Source: Squalus acanthias (lineage: Eukaryota). Taken from it: a stretch of DNA of 64,000 bases. A program made the position numbers and the translations under genes. Below the pieces are notes generated by a model. That model was not told the origin of the DNA and ran no database searches. It was given only the letters and a program-made list of their open reading frames with translations. The stretch spans positions 10,292,001-10,356,000 of the forward strand of contig CM059432.1 in the NCBI GenBank assembly GCA_030390025.1, read 5' to 3'. Below are positions 24,700 through 36,994 of the stretch, piece by piece. The first letter of the stretch is position 1; each line of letters begins with the position of its first letter.

Positions 24700-24992
24700 A
24701 CTCAGCACCCACGGACCAGTTGAACCAGGAACACTCCTCGCCACAATGGACGTCTCGGCACTCTACACCAGTATCCCCCACGATGACGGCATCGCTGCGA
24801 CAGCCTCAGTACTCAACACCAACAACAGCCAATCTCCAGACGCCATCCTACAGCTCATCCGCTTCATCCTTGACCACAATGTCTTCACCTTCGACAACCA
24901 GTTTTTTACCCAAACACACGGAACAGCCATGGGGACCAAATTCGCACCCCAATACGCCAACATCTTCATGCACAAGTTCGAGCAAGACATCT
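24700..24992 (+). mobile_element. Penelope-like RT fragment
   Basis: MDVSALYTSIPH...NVFTFDNQFFTQTHGTAMGTKFAPQYANIFM. Confidence 0.85.
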
Positions 24993-26924
24993 CCCATTCC
25001 TAGCCTCACCTTACCCCCTTGGAGGAGACGGTGCAGCCCATTCTTGGCAGGGGCATGGTTGAGCCCTTGGCCAGCAGCGGGGCTGAAAGGAGACAAGATG
25101 CAGGTATCCTCATACATTATCCTCCTTCTGGCATGCACCTCTTGCTTTTCTGCCCTCCCGTCAGCACAACTCCACCCTTGTGCCTTCCTCATTTCACACA
25201 CCCAAGAAATGCAACCTGCCCAGCCAGTGGGTCAACAAGAAGAGGCAGCCTGCCCAACCAGTGGGACTGCAGGCAGATGATTCCATCCCGGATATCCCAG
25301 CCACAAAGGGGCTGTCTGGGATGCATCCTTCTGTCTGATTCCTCCTCTGCGTCTTCCTCTTCTGTGTCTTCCTCTTCCCTCTGCAAGCAGATGCTGTAAA
25401 TGTGAAATGACAGCATAAAATGCTGGAAGTACTCAGTTGGTCAGGCAGCATGTCGACCTGAGATGTGAACTCTGTTTTTCTCTCCACGGCTATTTCATGA
25501 CCTGCTGAGTATTCGCAGCATGTTCTGTCTTCTCAAAGGTCTTCATTTACCATCCGAGCCCTTGCAAGTGTCCAGCAGCACTCCCTACACATTTAAAAAT
25601 TGTTTCTCATTTAATGCAGCAAGCCACCACTTGAATAAAATCAAAAAAACACAGTCCAAACCCTTAAATTCAAACTTACCTGAATGATGTGTGTGTCCCT
25701 TTAAGAGCTGCAGACATCGTCACTGTCAGCCTGTTTGCAGGACCCAGCGCCAGGGTCGAAGTTCGCGTTGGTGACATTAAGTCGGCTTTGCGCGCCAATT
25801 GACGTCATCGCGCCGCCATTTTTTTCCCAGGGCCCTGCCAGTTACCGGCAGCACAAAGTGAGAGAGAAATATGGCGGCCGCCGCGGGACCCGCCATTAGC
25901 TGGCGAAAGAGCGGCGGCCGCCATTTTATCGCCATTTCATGGTGCTACGGAGTGTCGGTACGGAGGTGAATTTCTAGCCCTATGATTCTAACCTCTCAGT
26001 TCCGGTATCGTCCTTGTAAATCTTGTTTGCACCTTCGACAATGCCTCTATATCCTTTTTATAATATGGAGACCAGAACTGTTTGCGATACTTAAACGTTT
26101 ATTTATTGATTCATAGCTTGATCTGCGTTATTCTATCGTTTATATCAGAACACAGCCATGCATAAAACTAAGGTTTATTATCCTGTGGGTTATTTATGAA
26201 GACTCTGAATAGATAAAACAGCAGGGACATGATTTTAAAATTCAAATGAAACTGTAGTAGATCAGGCGACGAGTGGGTGTAAAGTCAGAAAGGGCCGTGT
26301 GATAGCTGGGATCAGGTGGAGATGCATAAACTGCACCCCATGTGATCTCAGCGCAATTTAATTGTGGAGCCAATAGATTTGATAAGTTGTAACAGATTGA
26401 TGCATAAAGATGAGGCTTTTTTTAAGCAAATTACTTACCAATACAATCAAAGCTGTGGCCTGGTAATCAGAATAATGATTATTACCTCAACTGCTCACTG
26501 TGACTGAGCTACACCTTCTGCAGCTCCCTGTGGGATCCTCAGCTTCCTGTGCGTCTATTGTTGATGGGATTGATGTTGTTTAAAAACCTACCCAGGGCCA
26601 CGTGCCCATCAAGCGAACATATTTCATCTGTGACAGTGAGTTCCAGCCATTTTATTTTGATGTTTTAAAAATAAAGTCTAGTCCAACGCCTGCCCGCAGC
26701 ACAGGTTTGATGGCTTTGCGATACTTGTGGTACAGAAGCAGTTATAACTCACTGTCACCAACAAGATTGCCTAGAATCATAGAATGATACAGCACAGAAG
26801 GAGGCCATTCAGCCCATCGAGTCCATGCTGGATGGGCCAAATCCTCTATTCATTTTCTATATATAAATCAAGTGTTGTCCGAGTGCAGTGAATCGAACAA
26901 TATTGTCACAATATCTCATGGTAT

Positions 26925-27505
26925 TACAACGAATTTATAGCACTGAAACAGGCCATTCGGCCCAACTGGTCCGTGCGGTGTTTATGCTCCACACCAGCCT
27001 CCTCCCCTCCTACTTCATCCCATCCTATCAGAACATAAGAACATAACAAATAGGAGCAGGAGTAGGCCATACGGCCCCTCGAGCCTGCTCCGCCATTCAA
27101 TAAGATCATGGCTGATCATCGACCTCAACTCCACTTTCCCACCGTTTCCAGCATAACCTTCTATTCTGTTTGTGGGAGCTTGCTGTGCGCAAATTGGCTG
27201 CCACGTTTCCCACATTACAACAGTGACTACACTCCAAAAAAGTACTTCATTGGTTATAAAGCACTTTGTGACGTCCAGTGGTCGTGAAAGGCGCTATATA
27301 AATGTAAGTCTTTCTTTCTTTTCTCCCTCATGTGTTTATCTAGCTTCCCCTTAAAGGCGTCTGTGCTATTGGCCTCAACTACCCCATGTGGTAGCGAGTT
27401 CCACATTGTAGCCACTCTCCGGGTAAAGAAGTTTCTCCTGAATTCCCGACTGGATTTATTAGTGACTATCTTATATTGATGGCTCCTAGTTTTGAATTCC
27501 CCTCC
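26925..27505. mobile_element. Nested CR1 3' tails (-) and the 3' half of a Deu SINE (+, ~27165-27320)
   Basis: Two different CR1 3' UTRs plus the SINE tail gtgaaaggcgctatataaatgtaagtctttc. Confidence 0.7.
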
Positions 27506-27714
27506 AAAACTAAAAAAACCCAGAAAAGTAGACGACTAAAAAATACCTTCGGCATATTCCAGATCAGATTAAACACACAAGTAAAACAGATACAAGCTTT
27601 GTAACTTGAATTTTGCTGGAAAAGCAGACTGAAGCGGACAGAATGAACTGTGAAAACATCCCCACAGGATGAATGTCCTCCATTTTAGTGAGTGAAGGGC
27701 TCAGTATGTAGAAG

Positions 27715-28235
27715 ATGTACTGCGAGCAGTTCTGGGCAACACACCTTAAGAAGGATATATTGGCCTTGGAGGGAGTGCAGCGTAGGTTTACCAGAATGAT
27801 ACCTGGACTTCAAGGGTTAAGTTACGAGGAGAGATTACACAAACTAGGGTTGTATTCCCTGGAATTTAGAAGGTTAAGGGGTGATCTGATCGAAGTTTTC
27901 AAGGTATTAAGGGGAACAGATAGCGAGAAACTATTTCCGCTGGTTGGGGATTCTAGGACTAGGGGGCCATAGTCTAAAAATTAGAGCCAGACCTTTCAGG
28001 AGTGAAATTAGGAAACACTTCTACACACAAAGGGTGGTAGAAGTTTGGAACTTTCTTCTGCAAAAGGCATTGATGCTAGATCAACTGCTAATTTTAAATG
28101 TGAGATTGATAGATTTTTGTTAACCAAAGGATATGGGCCAAAGGCGGGTTTATGCAGTTCCGTCACAGATCAGCCATGATCTCATTGCATGAGCTCAAGG
28201 GGCTAAATGGCCTACTCCTGTTCCTATGTTCCTAG
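27715..28235 (+). mobile_element. CR1 3' fragment
   Basis: YCEQFW...ALEGVQRRFTRMIPGLQGLSYEERL; tgttcct tail. Confidence 0.85.
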
Positions 28236-28710
28236 GATTGCAAACACTTCCAAAAGTTGCTTCATCTGAATCAATTAGTCTTAACTACAGCAAGGAAACA
28301 AAAGCATCATAAAATTTCAGGCCACCCTCCAGTCCTGCAGATTAACACTAAGGGCTAGAAATTCATTACAGCCAAGGAATGGGCGGTGTCAGTCGAAAAG
28401 TTGGAGAATTAGCACCAGGCGCAAATGCTTTAGACTGCATACAAAATTCGTCCTCACTGCTCAATAAAATGATTGGAGTCCTAAATCAAGGCTTAAAACC
28501 CAAGCTCATTGGTGTTACCCTTAAAGGCTGGACCAATATCGGGTGCAGTTTAATCGCAACTCATCATTGCCACAGGCATTTTTCACTACTTAAAGGGGAG
28601 GTTCATTGATGCTGCAGCACCTCATTCTCAGCATTGCTGGCTGTACAGCTGCCTCAGCAAGCAGAAGCAGGTCAAGGAGAAGGAGCCAGAGGACTGAAGC
28701 AGGTGTGGTC

Positions 28711-30504
28711 ACGGCAGATCCATCCCCAGGGAACGGGCCCGCAGATTCTGCGACCAGGCATTGGAGGCGTTGGTGTTCGCTGTGGAGAGACGGAGGGCGG
28801 TGCTCTACCCAGCAAGTGGCAGGAGGCCCTTGCCACAAGTCTTCCGCACCATGTGGAGGGAGGTAGCGCAGCCTGTCTCAAGCAGCACTGTGGTCCCCAG
28901 GACCAACACACATTGCAGGAAGAAATTTAACGACCTCACTCGAGTGGTCAGGGTGAGTCAATGCTTCAACAAAGGCTACATACCACCGTCTGAACCATAG
29001 TCTTCACACACTGCCCAAAGCACCACACCCCCAGCACTCACCCACCAACAATCTCCACCTACCAACACTCATACCCACATCTCACACCTTGCACATGATG
29101 ACAGCTATTCAACTATGGCAGGCACATCATCCAAACACATTGCTCCACACTCACTCACACACTTTCCTTTCTCTTGCAGGCCAAGGTGGCTCACAACAGG
29201 AGGGAGCAGGAGCGCACAGGCGGGGGACAAGCCGACACCCAACCATTGTCTGCGCTGGAGAATCAAGTGCTGCAAATCATTGGGCGCCAGGTGGTGGGCG
29301 TCGTAGCCACCGGTGACGTTGACGCCCTTGGGGACAACAGCGGTATGTTCATCCCTACTCCTTCTTTTCATATCCCACTTATCCCTCACCCCACAAGTGT
29401 TTCGCACTTTCCAGCTAATCATGCTGTATGCATGCATTTCTCCCTTCCTGCCCCCCTCCCCTCACCTTAACCCGACTCTGGTGCCTTTATGCTTTGAGAT
29501 AATCAGCAAGCACCTGAGCAGCCAATCCCTGAGGGCACCGTAGAGAGCGAGGCGGGAGAAGAGGAGGAGGAACAACACACCGCGTCACTGCATGTCTCAC
29601 CCGCAGACACCAGCTCAGATACTAGCACTACGCGTTCTTCAGAGGCTAGTATAATAGTGGGATCTGCACAGGGTGAGGCAACGGGGACGAGTGGGCTGCA
29701 GCAAGGCCAGGGAGAGAGGGTAGCTCGGGAGCCAGCTCCCCAGAGGGCTAGTTTGCAGGCGAATTCTGCTGCACAGGACTCAGCTGAGGACCTCGATGAG
29801 GAGGCCTTTAGAAGAAGGGTGTTGGGCATGCACACGGAGATGATAGGTGCAATGGCAAGAGTGCCTGAGAGCCTGTCGGCAATGGTAAGGAGCATGGAGC
29901 AGTCCGCCTCCAATATTGCACAAGGCTCTGCGCACAACATGGAGCCCATCATTTCCAGTCTGCAAAGGATGGTGGACTCCCAGAGAGACCATGGTGACCC
30001 AGACCTGATGCCGCATGCGATGGGCGATCTGGCAGCTTCCATTGCAGCACAGGTGGAAGCGATGCAATGTCTTAGTGCTGTAATGCAGTCTATGCTTGGT
30101 GGCATCCAATCTCAGACTGCTCTCATGCAGCCTCAACTTGATGCCATTCAAGCTCTCACTGCTGCCATCGTGGCTGGGTCTACCATCGTCGACCAGGGCT
30201 TTCACGGTGTCACAGCAGGCCAGCAATCTGTGCTGCAACATATTGCTAGGGATGCTGAGGTACTGCCCCGGGGGATTGGCAGTGGGTCAGTGGAGCAGGA
30301 ACCTGGCTGTCCTCTCTCAGGAGGACAACATTCCTGCTCCCACCACTGCCATTCCGCCATTGCCCTTGTCGCTGCCTGTCATCCAGCCAGCCCAGACTGC
30401 TGCCGCCCATCCTGAGGTGGTGCAGTCTACAGCCAGGCCTTCCAGGTCCAGAGCTGGTCGAGGGCATCCTGCAAGGCCATCTGAAGTCTCCCGCACGGAC
30501 ACTC
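28711..30504 (+). pseudogene. Harbinger Myb/SANT-like protein (exons ~28711-28952, 29180-29342, 29499-; tail resumes ~34258-34390)
   Basis: EALVFAVERRRAVLY...WREVAQ...RTNTHCRKKFNDL; donors gtgagt and gtatgt, acceptor ttgcag; frameshifted and CR1-interrupted. Confidence 0.85.
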
Positions 30505-33500
30505 ATAAGAACATAACATAAGAACATAAGAAATAGGAGCAGGAGTAGTCCTTTCGGCCCCTGAAGCCTGCTCTGCCATTCAATAAGATCATGGCTGATC
30601 TTCTACCTCAACTCCACTTTCCTGCACTATCCCCATATCCTTTGATTCCCTTAATATCCAAAAATCTATCGATCTCTGTCTTGAATAAACTCAATGACTG
30701 AGCCTCCACAGCCCTCTGGGGTAGAGAATTCCAAAGATTCACAACCCTCTGAGTGAAGAAATTTCTCCTCATCTCAGTCCTAAATGGTTGACCCCTTATT
30801 CTGAGACTGTGACCCCTGGTTCTAGACTCCCCAGCCAGGGAAAACATCCTCCCTGCATCTACCCTGTCAAGCCCTGTAAGAATTTTGTATGTTTCAATGA
30901 GATCACCTCTCATTCTTCTAAACTCCAGCGAATATAGGCCCAGTCTACTCAATCTCTCCTCATAGGACAATCCCCCCATCCCAGGAATCAGTCTGGTGAA
31001 CCTTTGTTGCACTCCCTCTATGGCAAGTATATCCTTCCTTAGGTAAGGAGACCAAAACTGTACACAATACTCCAGGTGTGGTCTCACCAGGGCCCTATCT
31101 AATTGCAGTAAGACATCTTTACTCTTATACTCAAATCCTCTTGTAATAAAGGCTAACATACCATTTGCTTTCTTAATTGCTTGCTGTACCTGCATGTTAA
31201 CTTTTAGTGATTCGTGTACAAGGACACCCAGGTCCCTCTGAACACCAACATTTCCCAATCTCTCACCATTAAAAAAATACTCTGCGTTTCTATTTTTCCT
31301 ACCAAAGTGGATAGCTTCACATTTCTCCACATTGGCCCAAAAATTAGTGCCGCTACGCGAGAGTACGCACTGTGTACTCTCGCGTATTCTGTCTCCAATT
31401 GCCGGTTTTCTGCATGCACTGCGCATGCGCTGAAAACCGGCACTTGGTGAATTCAAAAGGGGGCGGTTCCTAGGTGAACCGCGTGCGCGCTACAGGCTGC
31501 GCGCACGCAGTGCACTTAGTGCTTTGGACGCGCAGGTAAGCATGGAAGATTTTAGACAAAGAAAGGAGGAGTAAGACCCTCTTTTAACAAGGTAAGTACT
31601 TAATTAAGTATTATTTTGAATTTTTTTTAACAGGTATATCTTTTTTAGAGACTTTAAAGACAGTTAAGTTTATTTTTATAACTTTTTAAAAGATTTTAAA
31701 TTTTTTCAAAAATTTAATTTTTTGTTTAAAATGCTTAATTTATTTAACTATACTTATTTTATTAATGTGATGGTTTTTTTTTTAAATTTAATTGAGGTTT
31801 AGCTGTTCTTTTGGGGGGGTATAGTATTCATAGCTTTCACAGCCGTGCTGTGAAAGCTATGAATGAAAGATGGTGTGCTGCCATTGGCTCTAACTGAGTC
31901 ACGTGATCCCACAGCTCGCACGAATTAACTACGCCTGTGGGATACGAAAGCCCTGCAACAGCTGCTGTCCAGAACATCAAGTTCGTGCGAGCTCGGACTG
32001 AAAAAGCCAGCGCGCAGTGAGAGATCGCGGGAAGGCCTTACCCTCGCACGAAGACTCACTCACGAATTTTTGGGCCGTTATATTCCATTTGCCATGTTCT
32101 TGCCCACTCACTTATCCTGTCTATATCCCCTTGAAGCTTCTTTGCATCCTCCTCATAACTTACATTCCCACCCAGCTTTGTATCATCAGCAAACTTGGAT
32201 TTTTTACATTTGGTTCCCTCATCCAAATCATTGATATAGATTGTGAATAGCTAAGGCCCAAGCAGTGACCCCACTAGTTACAGCCTGCCATCCCGAAAAT
32301 GACCCATTTATTCCTACTCTCTGTTTTCCATCCGTTAGCCAATCCTCAATCCATGCTAGTATATTACCCCCAATCCCATGAGCCCTAATTTTGTTTAATA
32401 ACCTCTTGTGTGGCACCTTATCGAATGCCTTCTGAAAATTCAAATACAGCATATTCCCCCTTATCTATTCTGCTAGTTACAACCTCAAAACACTCTAACA
32501 GATTTGTCAAACATGATTTCCCTTTCATAAATCCATGTTGACTCTGCCCAATCTTATTATTATTTTCTAAGATCCCTGTTACCACGTCCTTAATAATAGA
32601 TTCTAGCATTTTCCCTACTACTGATGTCAGGCTAACTGGTCTGTAGTTCCCCGTTTCTTCTCTCCCTCCTTTCTTAAATAATGGGGTTTCATTTGCTACC
32701 TTCCAATCCACGGGAACTGTTCTAGAATCTATGGAATTTTGGAAGTTGACAACCAATGCATCCACTATCTCTATAGCTACCTCTTTCAAAAGCCTAGGAT
32801 GTAGGCCATCAGGTCCAGGGGATTTATCGGCTTTCAGTCCCATTAATTTCTCCAGTAATATTTTTTTACCAATATTAATTTCTTTCAGTTCCTCATTCTC
32901 GCTAGACCCTTGGTTCTCCATTATTTCCGGAAGACAAACATAAAGTATTTGTATATTTTCTCTGCCATTTCCTTATTCCCCATTATAATTTCTCCTGTCT
33001 CAGCCTGTAAGGGACCCACATTTACTTTCGCTAATCCTTATCTTTTTACATACCTATAGAAACTTTTACGGTCAATTTATGCCTCTCGCTAGTTTACTCT
33101 CATATTCTATTTTCCCTTTCTTTATCAATTTCTTGGCTCTCCTTTGCTAAATTCTAAAATCCTCCCAATCCTCAGGCTTACTGCTCTTTTTGGCAACATT
33201 ATAAGCCTCTTCCTTTGATCTAATGCTATCTTCAACTTCTCTTGTTAGCCACGGTTGGACCACTTTTCCTGTGGGGTTTTTGTGCCTTAAAGGAATGTAT
33301 ATTTGTTGTAAATGATGTATTAATTCTTTAAATGTTAGCCATTGCTTGTCTACTGTCATACCTTTTAATGTAGTTTCCCAATCTACCTTAGCCAACTCTC
33401 CCCTCATACCTACATGGTTTGCTTTGTTTAGATTTAAGACCCTAGTTTCGGATTTAACTAAATCACTTTCAAACTTAATATAAAATTCTACCATATTATG

Positions 33501-34257
33501 GTCACTCTTCCCTAAGGCCTCTTTACTACAAGGTTATTAATTAACCCTTTCTCATTGCACAATACTAGATCTAAAATAGCCTGTTCTCTAGTTGGTTCCT
33601 AAACATACTGATCTAGAAAACTATCTTGCATGCACTCCATGAATTCGTCCTCCACACTATTACTACAAATTTGGTTTCCCCAGTCTATATGTAGATTAAA
33701 GTCCCCCATGATTACAGTATTACCCTTGTTACATGCGCCTCTAATTTCCTGATTTATACTCTGCCTTACATTACAACTATAAACAACTCCCACCAATGTT
33801 TTCTGCCTGTTGCTATTTCTTAGCTCCACCCAAACTGATTCTACTTCTTGATTTTCGGAGCTAAGATCCTTTCTCTCTATTGGCTTTATCCCATCCTTTA
33901 TTATCAGGGCTACCCCTCCTCCTTTTCCATTTTGCCTATCTCTTCTAAAAGTTAAGTATCCTGGAATATTTAGTTCTCAACCTTGGTCACTTTGCAACCA
34001 TGTCTCCGTAATGGCTATTAAATCAAACCTATTAATTTCTATCTCCCCTATTAATTTATCTATACTGTTGCAAATGCTTCGCACATTCAGATATAGTGCC
34101 TTTAGCTTTGGCTTTTTTCTATTTTTCCCTGATGTCACCTTAGTCACTGATGCCCTTTGTAATACTCTGTCCCTTCCTGACCCACTCTGCTTATTTTTAC
34201 CCAAAACTCTGCCCTGACATTTCCCTTGCTGCTTTTAAATTTACTCTTTCCTGAATC
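30505..34257 (-). mobile_element. CR1 LINE with most of ORF2, degraded
   Basis: KALYLNVRSI...IAITETWL, MGDFNLHIDW, KSPGPDGLHPR...NYRPVSLTS, LVRPHLEYCVQFWSP; (aacataag)n tail. Confidence 0.92.
31334..32076. mobile_element. Harbinger-type MITE, family M1
   Basis: 16-bp TIRs ggcccaaaaatt(a/c)gtg; flanks att/gtt; removal restores the CR1 sequence ccacattatattcc. Confidence 0.9.
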
Positions 34258-34549
34258 TTCAGCAACCTTCCACCAGCTCTGCTGCAGCCACTGGGCCAAC
34301 ACTTCGTCGGAGCACTGGAATCGGTAAAGGCACAGTAACGAGAGGCACTAAGGGATTGTACAAGGGTGAATAGTTCATATTTTAGGTGTAAATATGTGTT
34401 CACTGATTTTTGATAAATTTATTAATTCAGTTTGGATTCTTTTGTGGTGTGTCTCATTTCAGCTTTGCGCTGTGATATGGCCTGCGACAGGGATGGAATG
34501 ATGGGGATGTGGTGAGCAACAGGGATCTGGAGTTTAATTCATTCGAATC

Positions 34550-35703
34550 GCAGCCCTTCTGGAAGGCCAATTGAGTGGTGCCTCCTCCCTCGCTCCTGTT
34601 CCTCCTCCTCCTCGTCTTCTCGTCGTCCTCCTCATCTTACTCTTCCTCATAATCCTCCTCCTCCTCTCCCTCTTCCTCCTCCTGAGGTGGTCCCGCAATC
34701 CCTGGTGGCAAAGGCTGGGCCCTCATGATGGCCAAGTTGTGGAACATGCAGCAGACCACCACGAAATGGGACACCCGCTCAGCCGAGTACTGGAGGGCTC
34801 CTCCTGAGCGGACAAGGCAGCGGAACTGTTACTTCAGCAGGCCGATGGTCTGCTTGATGATGTTCCTGGTGGCAGCATGGCTCTCATTATATGAGTGCTG
34901 CGCAGGAGTGTTGGGGTTGCGGAGGGGAGTCATGAGCCAGCTGGAGAGCGGATAGCCCTTGTCTCCGACCAGCCAGCCGCGAGCTTGGCGTGGTGGCTGG
35001 AAGAGTGCGGGATGAAGGCATCATGGCTGCTGCCAGGATAGCGGGCTTTGACGGTGAGGATTCACTGTGCGTGGTCGCACACCAACTGCACATTAAGTGA
35101 GTGGTGGCCTTTGTAGTTACGGAAGATCTCAGGATTGTTATGTGGTGCCCGCAAAGCCACGTGGGTGCAGTCAATGGCGCTCTGCACCATGGGGAATCCC
35201 GCTATCCTGACAAAGCCACATGAATGCTCATCCTGCTTCTCTCTGGTGATTGGGAAGCCAATGTAGGGGTCCCTTCTCCTGCTGTAGAGCGCCTCAGTGA
35301 CCTCCCGGATGCAGCGATGGATGGTGAACTGCGAGATGTTAGCTATGTCTCCCATTGCAGACTTGAAGGATCTGCTGGTGAAGAAATTGAGGGCCACAGT
35401 GACCTCGACTGTCACTGGAAGATCTGTGGTCACCCTGGTCTGAGGCTGGAGGTCTGGTTGCAGGAGATGGCAGAGATCTGTGACCACCTCCTTGGTGAAG
35501 CGAAGCCTTCTAATACACTGCCCCTCGCTTAATTGAAGGTAGGAGAACTGCTCTCGGAATAACGTCGGAGGGTAAGGCTTCCTGTCAAGAGCCCTGATGG
35601 CCCTCCTCCTCCCTCTGCGCACATGTTCCCGTCTTTGTGGCTGCCTATGCTCCCTCTGTCGTAGATCCTGGAGGGCGAGGTTGACTGCCAGTACAGCCCC
35701 CAT
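34550..35703 (-). pseudogene. Harbinger (HARBI1-like) DDE transposase, disrupted
   Basis: CIRRLRFTKE...ALNFFTSRSF...GFPMVQSAIDCTHV...RNYKGHHSLNVQLVCD; premature stop; acidic C-terminal tract. Confidence 0.9.
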
Positions 35704-36796
35704 TAATGTAACTAAGTTTAGCAGTTTGATTCTTTGAAGTATAAATGTAGCTACTTTTTAGTTGCCACAACACTCCTGATACAAAAGAACCTTGAAATTA
35801 CTGCATGAAACTGTTGCAGTATGTGAAACTGACAAGAAACCACTGAAACTGCACTAACCTGACAGCTGCGAGTCAGTACTGATGATCCCTTTAAATAACG
35901 TCCCTGGAGCTGGCTTTCTGGTGCTTCAAGCCCACTCTCCCTGTCGGTGTTTACTCCAGGCGCTAAGGTAGGTGGCGACAATCAATTTCGCAGATCGGGC
36001 AGTCAGTGAGTGTTGCACACTCACTGACGTCATGATCCACCTGGCGTTGGCGTTGCCGGCGATAACTCTTACTGACGGCACTACGGGGGGGGGCGGGACG
36101 GGATTTAGCGTGCGCTGCTGGATTCGCCTCGCCCCAGCGATACTGCTCTGGAGCCATTAGCGCCATCTGCTGGCACTAATGGGTGGCGCTAAGGGGACGA
36201 ATTTTTCCCCCAATATATTTTATGGTATAAAAAAATGCAAGGCATGGATGTATTTATCCATTTGGTCTTGATTTTTACGGTCCTTTACTAGATGAACTTG
36301 GGTCCATTAGGAATGCATGGTGTTAGTTATAAATTCCCAACAGCTCAGTTGTTAACTCTCTGTCACCGTGACATGTAAAATTACTTTAACCTTTCAAATG
36401 TTATTTTTTTCTTTTTAAATATTGATCTGGTCAAAGAATGTTTGGAGTGTGGATGGCTGGTAGATGTAGATATTTTTGATGTTCATTTGCATTCTGCGTA
36501 GTTATTTCAAGCTCCTGTTCAGCACTCGCATTCACTATTTAGGGATTAGGTACACTGCTGGACCAATAAGGGAACTCAAAGAAAAATCTCTTAAATATTT
36601 AACACTGGAAACATTCATGGCCAAATCTGTGGAACCCTCTCACCACCCTCAGTCTTTCCATCCTTCTATAGTCTACGGACTATTAAAACCAAGGCTTGGA
36701 ATCACCTTACCGCCAATTCTTGAGTAATTTTCCATTCTATTCCACTCTGTTCAACTTTGTGGTCTCCTGCGCTGTACAATGCAGCCCGTCCACTGG

Positions 36797-36994
36797 GACC
36801 AAAAGGGTTAAGCTATGAGGACAGGTTTCATAGACTAGGCTTGTATTCCCTTGAGTATAGAAGATTAAGGGGTGATCTAATTGAGGTGTTTAAGACAATT
36901 AAAGGATTTGATATGTTAGATAGAGAGAAACTATTTCCACTGGTGGGGGCAGTCCAGAACAACAGGGCATAACCTTAAAATTAGAGCTAGGCCG
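36797..36994 (+). mobile_element. CR1 fragment
   Basis: KGLSYEDRFHRLGLYSLEYRRLRGDLIEVFK. Confidence 0.8.

Larger units (their letters stand above)
21339..25980. mobile_element. Harbinger deletion derivative D with nested retroelements
   Basis: Termini gggggaaaaatt / aatttctagccc, TSD tat; Myb remnant ~21830-22005 (MWDYITKTVTASSVAPTTWLQCPKKLHDL); acidic remnant resembling the transposase tail at ~25335-25380 (-). Confidence 0.8.
28352..36211. mobile_element. PIF/Harbinger transposon A (two genes; CR1 inserted)
   Basis: Termini gggctagaaattc / gaatttttccccc; Myb gene on +, transposase on -; flanks taa/aat are not a clean TSD. Confidence 0.85.

Noticed and set aside
34550..35703. Host HARBI1 gene (also 47766-48915)
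   Set aside because: Both lie within TIR-bounded elements and carry stops or deletions, so they are transposases rather than the domesticated gene.
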